The position numbers and the translations under genes were made by a program. Positions 37,080 to 47,987 of a DNA stretch of 64,000 bases are shown here, piece by piece. A model generated the notes under the pieces. That model saw only the letters and a list, made by a program, of their open reading frames with translations. It was not told where the DNA came from and did no database searches. The stretch covers positions 1 to 64,000 of the forward strand of contig JBKAGE010000005.1 of assembly GCA_046290225.1 (NCBI GenBank). Direction: 5' to 3'. The stretch's first letter is position 1. Each line of letters opens with the position of its first letter. Origin of the DNA: Bradymonadia bacterium. GTDB taxonomy: Bacteria > Myxococcota_A > Bradymonadia > UBA7976 > UBA1532.

Positions 37080-39010
37080 GGGTGGGTGTCCCCCATGCGA
37101 TCGAGCAGCAAAGCGTCAGATCGACCGAGATCGATCACTTTCAGCCACCCCGAGCTGCTCCGCACGGCCACTCGGGGTGTCATCGAGTCTACGGCCACTT
37201 GGTCGATGGGCTCGTCGGTGAACTCGAGCAGAGGCACCCGGGTGGTGTTGCCCTCGGCGCTCAGGCGCCACAGCGCCCGCGCGTCGGTGGCCTCCGGGTG
37301 TACGAGCAGCGAGAGTGCGTACGAGCGCGTGTAGTCGGCGATGACCCCGACGACACGGTGCTCCGGATCCACGTGAATGGGCACCACCGCAGAAGGCCTG
37401 GCGCGGCCAGGATCACCCTTCACCATGTCCTCCCAGCTGCGGCGAGGGCGTACGAGCAGCCATTGAGATGCGGCGCTGCGCACCGCCACAGTGGGGTGTC
37501 CGTGGCGGTGAGGGTTGCCCACGAAGACCACCGGGTCTGGATCGACCTCGAAGGTCAATGGCACCAGCGCGTTGCGGGGGTTGGTGCCCACGCTGTGCAC
37601 CTTGATCTCCGACTCGGTGGGGGCGCTCACCACGACGAAGCCGTCTTCGATGCTCTCGGCGGCGATGACCGAGTGGGCGGCGAGGGTGCACTCGGGGTCC
37701 GGGCCGCTCTGCAATAGATAGAGGCGCCCCTCACCATCGAGGACGGCCGCCCGAGAAGGCCACCGGCCCAGCATGACCAGAGGCAGAGGCTCTTGGGGTG
37801 AGACCCAATCCTCTGGCAGAGGCCATTGTTGTTGTGCCTGGCCTTTCCACCAGAGCGTCAACCAGTCGGCGTCTGCGGTGACCGCTGTGTACGAGCGACC
37901 CTGGAACCCCACCGCCACCACTTTGCCTTCGACGTGCTCGGGGAACTGGCGGGTACGGCCGTGAGGGCGCGCATGAGGTGAGTTGGGGACGTGCCACGCC
38001 AATGGTCGCCAGCCCTCGGTCTGCCAGCCCGGCGATTTGTCTGCGGGTACCCACCCCAGAAGGCGGGTCCCCACGAACCTCAGCCGGCTCAGATTGGGAG
38101 ATTGGACCCGGCCAGGCAGCGTCAACGTCTGCCGGCGCTGCGCCTCCAAACCGGCGAACGGGTCACGCAACAATCGTGCGCCCTGACCGCGCTCTATGCC
38201 CGGCAGTGTCAACGTGAGGGCCGGTGCGCCGGGCCTGAGTATGCGCACGGGCAGATCGGGGGTCTCGTCAGAGGGCTCGGCCCATAAGGGCGTCTCGATG
38301 ATCAGGCGAGAGAGCTGATCGGTGAGCTGGGGGTGCCGGCAGAGCTGTCGCCCGCCCTGGGGGCCGCCCACCCACCACAGCGTCTCGATCTCGGCCTCGA
38401 CGCACTGGTCCAGCCACGCTTCGAGGGCTGTGTCGTCCACGGGCAGGGCCCCCCGGGCGTCGAGCCAGCAGCGGATGCCCTCCGGATCGAGCCCGATCCA
38501 AGGCCCTTGATCGAGACGCTGCGCCACCACCCATCTGATCTCGCCGCCCTGGGCTGCGCAACGCTGAGCCAGGACCACCAGCGCGGCGAGCTGGGCCAGC
38601 CGTGGAGCTCCGAGTACCTCGGGCCCCGCATCGACGATGACACCCAGGTGGCCCGCCCCCAGAGGATGACTGCGGGCCAGGGCCAGGAAGGCGTGCTCTC
38701 CCATGGCTGCCCGACGGTCGAATTCCATGGGGGCCTCTTCCGCGAGCAGCCACTCGCTCAGGAGCAGCCGATCATATGGCCCGGTGCCGCTGAGGCCTTC
38801 GTATCCATCAGGCTCGCTCTGTGCCGGATCAGGCGCCCGCTGGGCGATGGGCCCGATGCCCGCTTGCAGCCGACCGAGCCAGGGCCCCAGCAACATCGCT
38901 ACGTGATGGGGGAACGCCGCCAGCGCTTCAGCCCATGGCTGGAGCGACGGAGGCAGATCAGGAGATGAATGTGATGTCGGAGGCGCGCCCATAGGGCGAA
39001 TGTGACACAA
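37076..39010 (-). CDS. divergent vWA-like plus beta-propeller-like protein of a bpX-type system
   Basis: PDGYEGL..TGPYDRLLLSEWLLA...F.RRA..GE..FL and DAGP..LGAPRLAQLAAL motifs; translationally coupled to the bpX6-type gene. Confidence 0.68.
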   Translation of the reverse strand: MCHIRPMGAPPTSHSSPDLPPSLQPWAEALAAFPHHVAMLLGPWLGRLQAGIGPIAQRAPDPAQSEPDGYEGLSGTGPYDRLLLSEWLLAEEAPMEFDRRAAMGEHAFLALARSHPLGAGHLGVIVDAGPEVLGAPRLAQLAALVVLAQRCAAQGGEIRWVVAQRLDQGPWIGLDPEGIRCWLDARGALPVDDTALEAWLDQCVEAEIETLWWVGGPQGGRQLCRHPQLTDQLSRLIIETPLWAEPSDETPDLPVRILRPGAPALTLTLPGIERGQGARLLRDPFAGLEAQRRQTLTLPGRVQSPNLSRLRFVGTRLLGWVPADKSPGWQTEGWRPLAWHVPNSPHARPHGRTRQFPEHVEGKVVAVGFQGRSYTAVTADADWLTLWWKGQAQQQWPLPEDWVSPQEPLPLVMLGRWPSRAAVLDGEGRLYLLQSGPDPECTLAAHSVIAAESIEDGFVVVSAPTESEIKVHSVGTNPRNALVPLTFEVDPDPVVFVGNPHRHGHPTVAVRSAASQWLLVRPRRSWEDMVKGDPGRARPSAVVPIHVDPEHRVVGVIADYTRSYALSLLVHPEATDARALWRLSAEGNTTRVPLLEFTDEPIDQVAVDSMTPRVAVRSSSGWLKVIDLGRSDALLLDRMGDTHP

Positions 39011-39049
39011 GGCTCCGGGGGAGGCGAGTCTGGGGGCTTGAGGTGTGGC

Positions 39050-39976
39050 TCAGCCTTTGTGAGTGCCTGATGCTTCGGCGATCAGGTATCCACCCCCACG
39101 CTTGGCGGCGTACATCGCCTGATCTGCCATTTGGAGGAGCTGCTCGGCGCTGTGCCCATCCCAGGGATAGAAGGCCAGCCCCACGCTGGCGCCGACCTCG
39201 ACTGAGCACGTCTGGCCATCAACGTGCACACTGTAATGTTGAGCGATGGCTGATCGCAGGCGGTTGGCGAGAGCGAGCCCTGCCTCTTGATCGGCGATGC
39301 CCTCGAAGAGACAGACGAACTCGTCGCCGCCGAGGCGCGCGGCCGTGTCTCCACTGCGGATCAGGTTCGAGATGATCTGGCCCACTTGAACCAGGACCTC
39401 GTCCCCAGCGGCGTGGCCATATGTGTCATTGACGGTCTTGAAGCCGTTGAGATCGACGAAGCACACACACAGCGGGCTCATATCTCGCTGTCGTAGAGCA
39501 TGCTCCAGACGGCTCTCGAGCAGTGAGCGGTTGGGCAAACCTGTGAGGTGATCATAGAACGCCGAGCGCTTCATATGAGACATCCGGCGGCTGCGGCTGA
39601 TGGCGTAGCGCATCGATCTGCTGAGTGTCTCGGGCTTGATCTCGCCCTTGAGCAGATAGTCCTGAGCCCCGATGTCCATGGCCTCTTCACCCAGCGTGTC
39701 GTCGCTGTGGCCCGTGAGCACGATGATGGGCGTGTCATCGAGCACGTGAAGGGCCCGATGAACGGTGGTCAAACCCTGGCTGCTCGGCAGACCGAGATCC
39801 AACAGGCAGACATCAAATCGATCGTCGAGAGGTTGAGGTGGGAGATCAGCCAGTCTGCTGATGCAGATCGCATCTGCACGAGGCGTACTGCTCAACGCGC
39901 GGCGGACGATGAGCGCATCGACATCGTGATCCTCCACGAGGAGCACGTTGAGGGTGTTCTGGGCTGCGCTCGGCAT
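39050..39976 (-). CDS. response-regulator diguanylate cyclase (REC-GGDEF)
   Basis: REC domain (LLVED, LLDL, DYLLK); DHLTGLPNR; RSGD I-site; RLGGDEF. Confidence 0.93.
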   Translation of the reverse strand: MPSAAQNTLNVLLVEDHDVDALIVRRALSSTPRADAICISRLADLPPQPLDDRFDVCLLDLGLPSSQGLTTVHRALHVLDDTPIIVLTGHSDDTLGEEAMDIGAQDYLLKGEIKPETLSRSMRYAISRSRRMSHMKRSAFYDHLTGLPNRSLLESRLEHALRQRDMSPLCVCFVDLNGFKTVNDTYGHAAGDEVLVQVGQIISNLIRSGDTAARLGGDEFVCLFEGIADQEAGLALANRLRSAIAQHYSVHVDGQTCSVEVGASVGLAFYPWDGHSAEQLLQMADQAMYAAKRGGGYLIAEASGTHKG

Positions 39977-40159
39977 GATGACAGGACCTGCTCATCGTCC
40001 GTACTGGGACTTACGTTCCATTACGACGCATATCTAAATGTCCTTGAGTCTGTGCACGCGTTGACCCAGGTGCTGCCTGCCATCTGAAGCACCTTGAGGC
40101 ATTGCCACGCTCTCTGGGGGGCGGTACACCAGAGCACACCCATTGCACAGGAGGAACAC

Positions 40160-40621
40160 ATGGGTCTGTTCGGCAAGCTGAAGGGGATGAAGAACGCCAT
40201 CACGGGCGGCGGCGCCGAGGTCACCGTCGAGGTGGGCGAGGCGCAACTGGGCGGTGTGGCGCCGGTTCGGGTGACGGCTCTGGCCAAGGCCGACTTCAAC
40301 ATCCAGCGGGTTTACCTTCTGGTGCAGTGCAACGAGGGGGCGCTGGTGCACGACGTCGACGTGGCCCGCAACGGTCAGCTCTATCGAGAGACCGTCGAGG
40401 GCGAGGTGTGCACCTGCAACCTCGAAATCGACATCGCTGAAGGTGGCAGTCTGTCTGAAGGTGAGACCTACACCTGGGAGTCCGACTTCGAGTTGCCTGC
40501 CGAGGGCCTGCCCACCCTCGCCGGCCAGACGATCCGCAACACGTGGATCATCCGTGCGGGCCTCGACGCTCGGGGCAATGATCCCGACTCGGGCTGGGTC
40601 GAGTTCGTCGTTTATCCCTGA
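40160..40621 (+). CDS. SpoOM/arrestin-like beta-sandwich protein
   Basis: AGGAGG RBS; G.GGA.V.V start; F.LP...PT...W.I.A.LD..G.DP end. Confidence 0.65.
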   Translation: MGLFGKLKGMKNAITGGGAEVTVEVGEAQLGGVAPVRVTALAKADFNIQRVYLLVQCNEGALVHDVDVARNGQLYRETVEGEVCTCNLEIDIAEGGSLSEGETYTWESDFELPAEGLPTLAGQTIRNTWIIRAGLDARGNDPDSGWVEFVVYP

Positions 40622-40647
40622 AAGGCCAGACTGGGCCTGGCCGTGGG

Positions 40648-41583
40648 TCACATGCCCAAACGGATGCGGAACCCGCGATAATCTGCCCATATGCCTTCGA
40701 ACATGAAGCCCGCCATCCAGAGATCGACCTGAGTGTCGGTGGGAAGGACGTAGGGCCGATCCAGGGCAACACCGAGGGCGTCAGGGAGCGTATCCATGAT
40801 CGCGCCGGTGTCGAGGCTCACGGTGAGCACCGCCTTGCCGGCGCCGTCGCCCACCACCACGTCGGTCCCTGCAGCGGCGACGTCCATCAGCCGGATGCCG
40901 CTGAGAGTGTGGTGGCTGATGATGACACCTTCACGTACGTGGAAGATTTTTTCGCCGCCGAGCATGCCTGCCACGAACTCTTCCTGAGGCGTGTTGTCGT
41001 TGACCGAGACCACGGCACAGACGTCGTCGTTCCAGGGCAGCTGGATGCGCTGGGTGTCAGTGGGATCGTCCAGGTTGACGCGGACCACCGTCGCCACAGG
41101 CCCGGTCGATGGGTGGTGCCACAGCCCTGAGACGAACGCATGGCCGGTGCCGAGATGCGTGTCCAGATCACAGATCTCCACAAAGCCCTCAACGCGACCG
41201 CCACCCATGGGTACGAAATCGATGCTGGCGAGGGTGTTGCCCTGATCATCCAGGGTGTCAAGATCGCCGTCACGGGTGATGGCGAGCATGCTGTTCACAT
41301 CTGAGGGGTTCGGCGCGATGCCTCTGTAGGGGCTGCCGTTGGGGAATGTACGCTTGGCGTGGAGCTGTCCGTCGGCCGTGAAGATCTTGAGGGTGTCGAT
41401 CTGGGGGGCGAACGCCGTGTCCTTGAAGTCGAACACGTACACACGCTGATGCGCGCTGTCCGTGGCGAGGAGGTTGTTCATGGGGAACAACAGATCACGG
41501 TGTGTGATCTCGGGGAACAGCTGTTCGAAGACACAGCCTGTCATCACGAGACAGAGGCTGAAGAAGAGAAGTACTCGACGCAT
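40648..41583 (-). CDS. hypothetical lipoprotein, probably a beta-propeller
   Basis: GGGAG RBS; signal peptide MRRVLLFF...MTGC; beta-rich repeats. Confidence 0.7.
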   Translation of the reverse strand: MRRVLLFFSLCLVMTGCVFEQLFPEITHRDLLFPMNNLLATDSAHQRVYVFDFKDTAFAPQIDTLKIFTADGQLHAKRTFPNGSPYRGIAPNPSDVNSMLAITRDGDLDTLDDQGNTLASIDFVPMGGGRVEGFVEICDLDTHLGTGHAFVSGLWHHPSTGPVATVVRVNLDDPTDTQRIQLPWNDDVCAVVSVNDNTPQEEFVAGMLGGEKIFHVREGVIISHHTLSGIRLMDVAAAGTDVVVGDGAGKAVLTVSLDTGAIMDTLPDALGVALDRPYVLPTDTQVDLWMAGFMFEGIWADYRGFRIRLGM

Positions 41584-41686
41584 GTAGAGCTCCCTGGGTT
41601 GAAGGTGCGGTGGGCTTGGGCCCGCCATGCCTTTACAGGGGCGCTGATGTAGTTCTTTTCTCGGGTGAGTTAATTTTGGGGTGAGT

Positions 41687-42373
41687 TTATTTGGGGCAAG
41701 GTCCTCCAGCATCCACCCACGCCCTCATCGCCGAGACGAAGGTGGTGTGGCTCACCGGCGGCTTCGTGCGGTTGCCCCCAGGGTTCCAGCCCCAGAGCAC
41801 CAACGGGTCGTGACTCACATGGTGCAAGAGACCGGCGAGGGTCTTCCCGCCGTTTTGCTTCGGATCTTTGAGCTGAGCGCACAGCTGCGCTTCGGAGCGG
41901 CCCTGGAAGATGAGGGGCATCTCTTTGTCGGGCAGGCCCCAATGCGGGGCGCCAGGCGGGCCCGCCACACCGAAGAAGTCGCTGTTCTGTTCCCCATGGC
42001 AGGTGCTGCAGGGCAGGCCATTGTCGGCGCTGGCCCGGGAGATGTTCATGGCGTGTGGGATGTGCTGGTCCGTCTGCAGAGGACGGTCACCGTCGGGGTG
42101 ACAGTTCATGCAACGTGGGGACTGAAGCACCTGATAGACCGTGCTGAAGGCCTTGAGCGGATCCTGTTTGCTCGGGGTCACACCACCAGCGCTCACCGAG
42201 GGCACCGTGGGGTGAGCGCTGGTGGTGTGACCACCGCTCGTGGAGAGCGTCGTCGCGCTCGAAGACGTGGGCTTCGTCGTCGAGGAGGACGGTGGGTTCG
42301 CATGGGCAGCCAGAGCCACGAGGGAGAGACCACCAATGAGGAGAGCGGATCGCTGAAAGACTGTATTCGACAT
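41687..42373 (-). CDS. periplasmic di-heme c-type cytochrome associated with the Mo-oxidoreductase
   Basis: Signal peptide, Ser/Thr linker, CMNCH and CSTCH motifs. Confidence 0.85.
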   Translation of the reverse strand: MSNTVFQRSALLIGGLSLVALAAHANPPSSSTTKPTSSSATTLSTSGGHTTSAHPTVPSVSAGGVTPSKQDPLKAFSTVYQVLQSPRCMNCHPDGDRPLQTDQHIPHAMNISRASADNGLPCSTCHGEQNSDFFGVAGPPGAPHWGLPDKEMPLIFQGRSEAQLCAQLKDPKQNGGKTLAGLLHHVSHDPLVLWGWNPGGNRTKPPVSHTTFVSAMRAWVDAGGPCPK

Positions 42374-44601
42374 CAGCCCACCTCCTTCAGGGCGTCATTG
42401 AAGGGCATCGACCGCAGGCGTTTGCCGGTGACCTGGAACAAGGCCGTGGCTACGGTAGAGGGCACCAGGGGCACCCCCAGCTCGCCCACGCCGGTGGGTG
42501 GATTGTCGGTCTCCACAATCTCCACGGTGATCTCGGGGATCTGGTACATGCGGGCGATGGGGAAGTCGTCGAAGTTGCCCTGCTTCACCCGGCCGGCTTT
42601 GATGTCGATGCGCTCGTCGAAGATGGCCGAGAGGGCGAAGATCACTCCGCCTTCCATCTGCGCGATCACCTGGTCGGGGTTTACCACCTGACCACAGTCG
42701 ATGGTGGTCCAGATGCGCCGTACCTTGGGGGTGCCGTCCACCATGCCCGCTTCGGCCACCATGCCCACATACGATCCAAAGGCCTTGCCCACGGCGATGC
42801 CGCGGCCCCAGCCCTCTTCGGCACCCCCAGACCATTTGCTGATCTCGGCCACCTTCTTCAAAACCGCCATGCGGCGATCTGCGTCATCGAGCATGCCCAC
42901 GCGGAAATCGTACGGATCTTGCCCGGCGAGGTGAGCCATCTCGTCGATGAAGCCTTCTCGGGCAAAGTCGTTCACCGAGTGACCCACCGAGCGCCAGAAC
43001 AGCACGGGCACGTTGGCGTGGATGGCGCTGTATCCGACACGGTGATTGGGGATGCCGTATCCGAGCTCCCGAAGCCCCTCCAAGGCGATGATGTTGGGGA
43101 TGGTGTCGCTGTCGAATGCCTGGCCCATCATGCGACCCACCATCTTCCGGGTGATGGCCGGCAACCACTCTGGGGCGATGTAGGGGGTCAGCCCCTTCAT
43201 GTCGAGCACGCTCTGAGACAGATGGTGAATCGACATGCCCGTGAGTTTGCCACCGCCATCGAGTGCGCCCTTGAGCCGGGTGACGGCCTGGGGTCGATAG
43301 TAGCCCGCCTTCATGTCGTCTTCTCGAGACCACATCACCTGCACAGGTGCCTTGACGCGCTTTGAGATGAGCAGGGCTTGGAGCACGGGGTCGATGGCAC
43401 CGCGACGGCCAAAACCCCCACCGAGATAGGTGGTGTTGCAGATCACCTCTGCCCGGGGCACGCCGCCGATGTCTGCAGCCGCTGCCTGCACGCCGGACTG
43501 GAACTGAGTGGGCGCCCAAATCTCGACCCGCTTGCCATACTGCACCCAGGCAGTGGCGTTCTGAGGCTCCAGAGGGGCGTGGGCGAGGTAGGGGGCGGTG
43601 TAGACCGCCTCGAGGGTCTTGCCAGAGCCTTCAAATGCCTCGTCGAAGTCACCCTCGGCGGCATGAGCGGGGGGCTCTTGTTTGCTGTGCTCGATGGCGC
43701 CCTTGATGATCTCGCCAGAGTCGAGTCGATCGTTTTCGGTGGCGCTCCAGGTGATCTCCACTGCAGCGGCGGCACGGCGTGCCTGCCAGTACTTCTCGGC
43801 CACCACGGCCACGCCGTACTCGAAGGGGAAGATCTGCTTTACGCCCTTCATACGGGCGGCCTTCTCGTACGTGACCGACTCCGCCTCGGAGCCCCAGGTC
43901 GGCGGGATGAGGACGATGGCCTTGAGCAGCCCGGGCACCTGCACGTCGATGCCGAAGATGGGTCCACCGGTGACCTTGGGTCGCAGGTCGACCCGATCTG
44001 TGGGGCGACCGATGATCTTGAACTGCTCTTTACGCTTGAGTGTGACCTGCTCGGGGATTTTGACGCGAGCCGCCTCTCGGGTCAGCTCGCCGTAGGTCAT
44101 CTTCTTGCCGCTGGCTTCGTGATGCACGGCACCGAGGCGGGCGACACATGCGTTCCGTGGCACGCCCATCTTCTTCGCGCCTGCCTCGAGGAGCATTTCC
44201 CGAGCCGTAGCGGCGGCCTTGCGCACCGGGTGCCAGATCTCTGCGGTGGTGGTCGAGCCTCCGGTGATCTGAAGGCCCGCGGTCTGAAAGGCAGGCCCTG
44301 CCTTGGGCACGATCGTCACCGCGCTGGGGTCGAGCTCGAGCTCTTCGGCGGCGAGGATGGCATAGGTGGTGTAGATGCCCTGGCCCATCTCGCTCTTGCC
44401 TACGCCCACCTGCACTTCGTTTTTCGAGGTGATGGCGATGAAGACGTTGGGCTCGAAGACGCCGTCGGCATCGGCCTTTTCGAGCATCGCTTCTTGGGCG
44501 CCACCGCAGCCCGAGGTGCTCAGACCGACCCACAAGGTGCCGGCCCCCATGAGGGTGACCCGCAAGAAGTCACGACGCTTCAGTGAAGTTCTGGTCGTCA
44601 T
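42373..44601 (-). CDS. xanthine dehydrogenase family molybdopterin-binding subunit (IorB-like), Tat-exported
   Basis: Tat KRRDFL; EMGQG, TGGS, GGGFGRR, WRSV, AQMEGG, GVGE. Confidence 0.92.
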   Translation of the reverse strand: MTTRTSLKRRDFLRVTLMGAGTLWVGLSTSGCGGAQEAMLEKADADGVFEPNVFIAITSKNEVQVGVGKSEMGQGIYTTYAILAAEELELDPSAVTIVPKAGPAFQTAGLQITGGSTTTAEIWHPVRKAAATAREMLLEAGAKKMGVPRNACVARLGAVHHEASGKKMTYGELTREAARVKIPEQVTLKRKEQFKIIGRPTDRVDLRPKVTGGPIFGIDVQVPGLLKAIVLIPPTWGSEAESVTYEKAARMKGVKQIFPFEYGVAVVAEKYWQARRAAAAVEITWSATENDRLDSGEIIKGAIEHSKQEPPAHAAEGDFDEAFEGSGKTLEAVYTAPYLAHAPLEPQNATAWVQYGKRVEIWAPTQFQSGVQAAAADIGGVPRAEVICNTTYLGGGFGRRGAIDPVLQALLISKRVKAPVQVMWSREDDMKAGYYRPQAVTRLKGALDGGGKLTGMSIHHLSQSVLDMKGLTPYIAPEWLPAITRKMVGRMMGQAFDSDTIPNIIALEGLRELGYGIPNHRVGYSAIHANVPVLFWRSVGHSVNDFAREGFIDEMAHLAGQDPYDFRVGMLDDADRRMAVLKKVAEISKWSGGAEEGWGRGIAVGKAFGSYVGMVAEAGMVDGTPKVRRIWTTIDCGQVVNPDQVIAQMEGGVIFALSAIFDERIDIKAGRVKQGNFDDFPIARMYQIPEITVEIVETDNPPTGVGELGVPLVPSTVATALFQVTGKRLRSMPFNDALKEVG

Positions 44602-45104
44602 TGGCCCCCCTCCGCGTCGCCCTCAGCGCTTGGCCCACGGGCCTGCTTGCGCATCTCCTCTGCGGCGAGGTGTACGGCCTTGCGGATACGAGGATAGGTG
44701 CCGCAGCGGCACAGGTTTGCCGAGAGGGCCGTGTCGATCTCCTCGTCGGTGGGGTTGGCGTTCACCTTCAGCAGCGCCACCGTGGACATGATCTGCCCCG
44801 CCTGGCAGTACCCGCATTGAGGCACGTTGAGCTTCATCCAGGCTTTCTGCACCGGGTGAGTGGGATCACCTTCGGGGCTGAGGCCCTCGATGGTGGTGAT
44901 GTGCTTGCCCTCGACTGAGCCTGCTGCGGTGACGCACGAGCGCCGAGGTTTGCCATCGATGTGCACGGTGCACGCACCACACAGGGCCTTGCCGCAACCA
45001 AACTTGGCGCCGGTGAGGCCGAGCTCTTCTCTGAGCACCCACAGCAAGGGCACGTCATCGGGCACGTCGACGAACATGTCAGTGCCGTTGATTTTGAGGT
45101 TCAT
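44598..45104 (-). CDS. (2Fe-2S)-binding subunit (IorA-like)
   Basis: [23 protein letters not shown]. Confidence 0.93.
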   Translation of the reverse strand: MNLKINGTDMFVDVPDDVPLLWVLREELGLTGAKFGCGKALCGACTVHIDGKPRRSCVTAAGSVEGKHITTIEGLSPEGDPTHPVQKAWMKLNVPQCGYCQAGQIMSTVALLKVNANPTDEEIDTALSANLCRCGTYPRIRKAVHLAAEEMRKQARGPSAEGDAEGGQ

Positions 45105-45106
45105 GC

Positions 45107-45604
45107 TTACTCCGAGGCCCAGAGGGGCATCTTCAAGAGCATCCCCACCTGCCACACCTGAATGTCGTCACCATCGTCGTCGAAGAGGGCCAGCCGGCCA
45201 TATAGAGAGAAGAAGCCCAAGGACAGCAACACGCGCCCTTGAGGGCCGAGCAGCCACTCACCGTCGCCATGACGGGCGGCGAGTCCACCATCGATGCCCA
45301 GGACCGAATACCCCAGCTGAGGGCCCACAGTGAGCATCGTGCTGTCGGGGCCGAAGTCGTAGAGTGCATCGCCATAGAGACCGAACCAGAGGCTCTCGTT
45401 GAGCCGGTTCAGGCTGAGTTCGCCACCCACGTACCCCCCAAGATCCGGATCGCCGAAGCCGACGCCGGTGGTGAGGCCGCCCAACAATTGCCAGCCAGCC
45501 TCGGGGCCGAAGCTGAAGGGTACCTCATCTGCTTGGGCGGGCCGTGGCGCTGTGGTCAGCAACAGCGTCACGAGGCCCAGAAGGGCAGAACGGATTACGA
45601 CCAT
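45107..45604 (-). CDS. small secreted / outer-membrane beta-barrel-like protein
   Basis: AGGAG RBS before ATG 45604; signal peptide; Gly/aromatic beta-strand pattern. Confidence 0.65.
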   Translation of the reverse strand: MVVIRSALLGLVTLLLTTAPRPAQADEVPFSFGPEAGWQLLGGLTTGVGFGDPDLGGYVGGELSLNRLNESLWFGLYGDALYDFGPDSTMLTVGPQLGYSVLGIDGGLAARHGDGEWLLGPQGRVLLSLGFFSLYGRLALFDDDGDDIQVWQVGMLLKMPLWASE

Positions 45605-46773
45605 GGCGTCTCCTGTGCCTCGGCGCTCGCCGGGCAGGCTCGGGTCTCGGTGATGGGATGAGGTGTGTGAATTTGTCCCTGGCCACCCACGAGCTCGGCC
45701 CCCACTCGGCCATGAGATCGGGCGACGATCTGGCCGATGATGCTCAGGGCCACCTCCACAGGCTCTTCTCCCCCGAGATCGAGCCCTATGGGGGTGGCCA
45801 GTCGAGCGAGCTGCGTCGGGGTGATGCGGATGCCGCTGGCCATGAGCGTCGACATCAACCGGCCGGTGCGAGCTCTGGGGCCGAGCAGGCCCACATAGGG
45901 CGCATCGCTGCTCAGGGCCAGGGGCAAGACCGCAGTGTCGATGGCGAGGTTGTGGCTCATGAGCACCACGGCTGTATGTGGCCCCAGGGGTAGATCTTCC
46001 ATCGTGGGCCGTGGTGGCAGCATGACAGTGCGTGCCCCTGTAGCGGCGATGCGTCCGAGGGCCAGCGTATCTCGACCCGTCACGGTGACATGCCACCCCA
46101 TGGGCTGTGCCATCTGCGCCAGAATCTGAGCGTCGAGGCCGGTGCCCACGATGAGCAGCTGCTTGGGCGGTGCGATGTGCTCAACCAGCGCCCTGCAGAC
46201 CTGATTGCCGGTGACGTGCAGGCCCTGGGTTCGACCTCGAGTCCGGGCTTCACCCATGATCGCGCGCAACGGCGTTGCGATGGCGTCGGATACGGCACGT
46301 ACGATTTGAGGGCCCTGGCCATTGTCATAGGCCATGAGGCCCAGCGGCACACCGGGCCAGCTCACGTGGTGGGCGGTGACCAGGGTCAGCGCTTCACGCC
46401 GTTCGCGGGCGTCGGCGATGAGCTTGAGCGGGCTCTCGCCGTGATCTGGCCCTACAGGTTCGAGGCAGAGATGGACCACGCCTTCACAGCCAGTGCCGTA
46501 GAGATCCACTTCGCCCATGGCTCCGCGGCGGGTGTCGAAGGCCACGACCGTGGCCCCCTCTGAGGCCCAGCGGAAGGCATTGCGGGCCACATCGCGCTCG
46601 AGGCAGCCACCGCTGATGGTGCCTGAGGTGGTGCCGTCGGCCTGAATCAGAATACGCGCGCCAGGCCGACGGTAGCCCGAGCCCTGTAAGTCGACGAGGG
46701 TGCCGAGCACCGCAGGCGTTTCGGGATCCCAGGCGCCGAGAATGTGATCGAGCATTGCCAGGGAAGGGCTCAT
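45595..46773 (-). CDS. xdhC: XdhC/CoxI family molybdenum cofactor insertion chaperone
   Basis: GSGYRRPGA, GTISGGCLE, GCEG, MSHN, YVGLLGPR, PIGLDLG...P.EVALSI. Confidence 0.92.
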   Translation of the reverse strand: MSPSLAMLDHILGAWDPETPAVLGTLVDLQGSGYRRPGARILIQADGTTSGTISGGCLERDVARNAFRWASEGATVVAFDTRRGAMGEVDLYGTGCEGVVHLCLEPVGPDHGESPLKLIADARERREALTLVTAHHVSWPGVPLGLMAYDNGQGPQIVRAVSDAIATPLRAIMGEARTRGRTQGLHVTGNQVCRALVEHIAPPKQLLIVGTGLDAQILAQMAQPMGWHVTVTGRDTLALGRIAATGARTVMLPPRPTMEDLPLGPHTAVVLMSHNLAIDTAVLPLALSSDAPYVGLLGPRARTGRLMSTLMASGIRITPTQLARLATPIGLDLGGEEPVEVALSIIGQIVARSHGRVGAELVGGQGQIHTPHPITETRACPASAEAQETPWS

Positions 46774-46858
46774 GCTTCACCTCGTGGGGTCGACTGCAGG
46801 TAGGTGCGGAATGGTTATTCCGAGGAAGCGGAGCGCTGTCAAGAGGCAGGCTGACGGA

Positions 46859-47437
46859 TCAGGCGCGAATTGCTTCCCAGGCGCATTGCTCTGCGGCGGC
46901 GAGATCGTCCTCGGTCAGCTCGAGCAGGCCGAGCATCTGGGCACGGAACAGCTCCAGTTGCATGCCCCAGATGAGGGCGAGGAGCAACATGGGGGGCAGT
47001 GATTTCACCAGACCTTGAGCTTGACCCTCGCGAATGAACGCCTGCGAGTGGTCGATGAACTTCCGCTTGCACGCCCAGCTCTCCTCGGTGAGGTATGCGC
47101 TGTGATCATGCCATTCGAGGAACTTCACCACCTGCGGTCGCACTTGAATCCATGCAGAAAATGCAAAGAAAATCGAGCTGAAGCGCTGTCGGAACGGCAA
47201 GGTGTGATCCACCTGCTGGTATTGGCACTCCATCTCGGCAAACTGCCGCTGATAAAGGGCGTTGACGAGGCCTTCTTTGTCACCGAAGTGTCGATAAACG
47301 GTGCCAATGCCCACCTGGGCCTGCTCGGCGATTTGCGGAACGGTTGTTCCGCGATAACTTTGCTCTGCGAACAGAGACAACGCTGCATCGAGCATCGCTG
47401 TACGCCGATCCTGGGCCTGTGCATCTTCGTTCGACAT
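46859..47437 (-). CDS. TetR/AcrR family transcriptional regulator
   Basis: N-terminal HTH: A..LF....Y.GTTV..IA..A.VG.GTVYRHF.DKE.L. Confidence 0.92.
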   Translation of the reverse strand: MSNEDAQAQDRRTAMLDAALSLFAEQSYRGTTVPQIAEQAQVGIGTVYRHFGDKEGLVNALYQRQFAEMECQYQQVDHTLPFRQRFSSIFFAFSAWIQVRPQVVKFLEWHDHSAYLTEESWACKRKFIDHSQAFIREGQAQGLVKSLPPMLLLALIWGMQLELFRAQMLGLLELTEDDLAAAEQCAWEAIRA

Positions 47438-47470
47438 GCTCTCACGATTACGCTTTTGGGGTGTTGTGCG

Positions 47471-47866
47471 TCAAAGCTGGTCGAGGCTTTGCTGTCTCGA
47501 AGCCCTCCATCCGCCAGTGCGCCAGACCTGTACCTGGGCCTGTCGAGCACGTCGGATCATGTCAGCAGTGCCTCGCCCACCAGGGAACGCCACGACGAGA
47601 TCGATCTCGAAGTCATCGAGCATTTGCTGATTGCGCAGAAGCCCGGCCCGCTTGCCGAACTTGTCCCATCGAGCCGGACAGGTCGTGACGGCCACACCCC
47701 GACTCTGCGCCCACGCTCGCCCCAGAGCATCTGCGCCTCGAGCCCCACCCTCGATGATATGGTCCACCGGACCTCGTCCGTGTTGATGGAGGGTGTCGAG
47801 GGCATGGAAGGCGGCTTGCTGATCGGCGTAATCTCGGCCGCCGCACACAATGAGCACGATGGGCAT
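47471..47866 (-). CDS. SLOG family protein (DUF2493/YspA-like)
   Basis: VCGGRDY, IIEGGARGAD, A.W...G..AG..RN.QM, AFPGGRGT..M. Confidence 0.88.
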   Translation of the reverse strand: MPIVLIVCGGRDYADQQAAFHALDTLHQHGRGPVDHIIEGGARGADALGRAWAQSRGVAVTTCPARWDKFGKRAGLLRNQQMLDDFEIDLVVAFPGGRGTADMIRRARQAQVQVWRTGGWRASRQQSLDQL

Positions 47867-47987
47867 GTATTGCTCGGGTCTCGCAGCATCAACACAGACC
47901 TTCACTCGCCCTCGAAGTTACGACAAGGGGAATCCTCTCGAGGCCTCCGGTGTATGGCTCATCGAATACACCTGCCATGGAGGAGGT

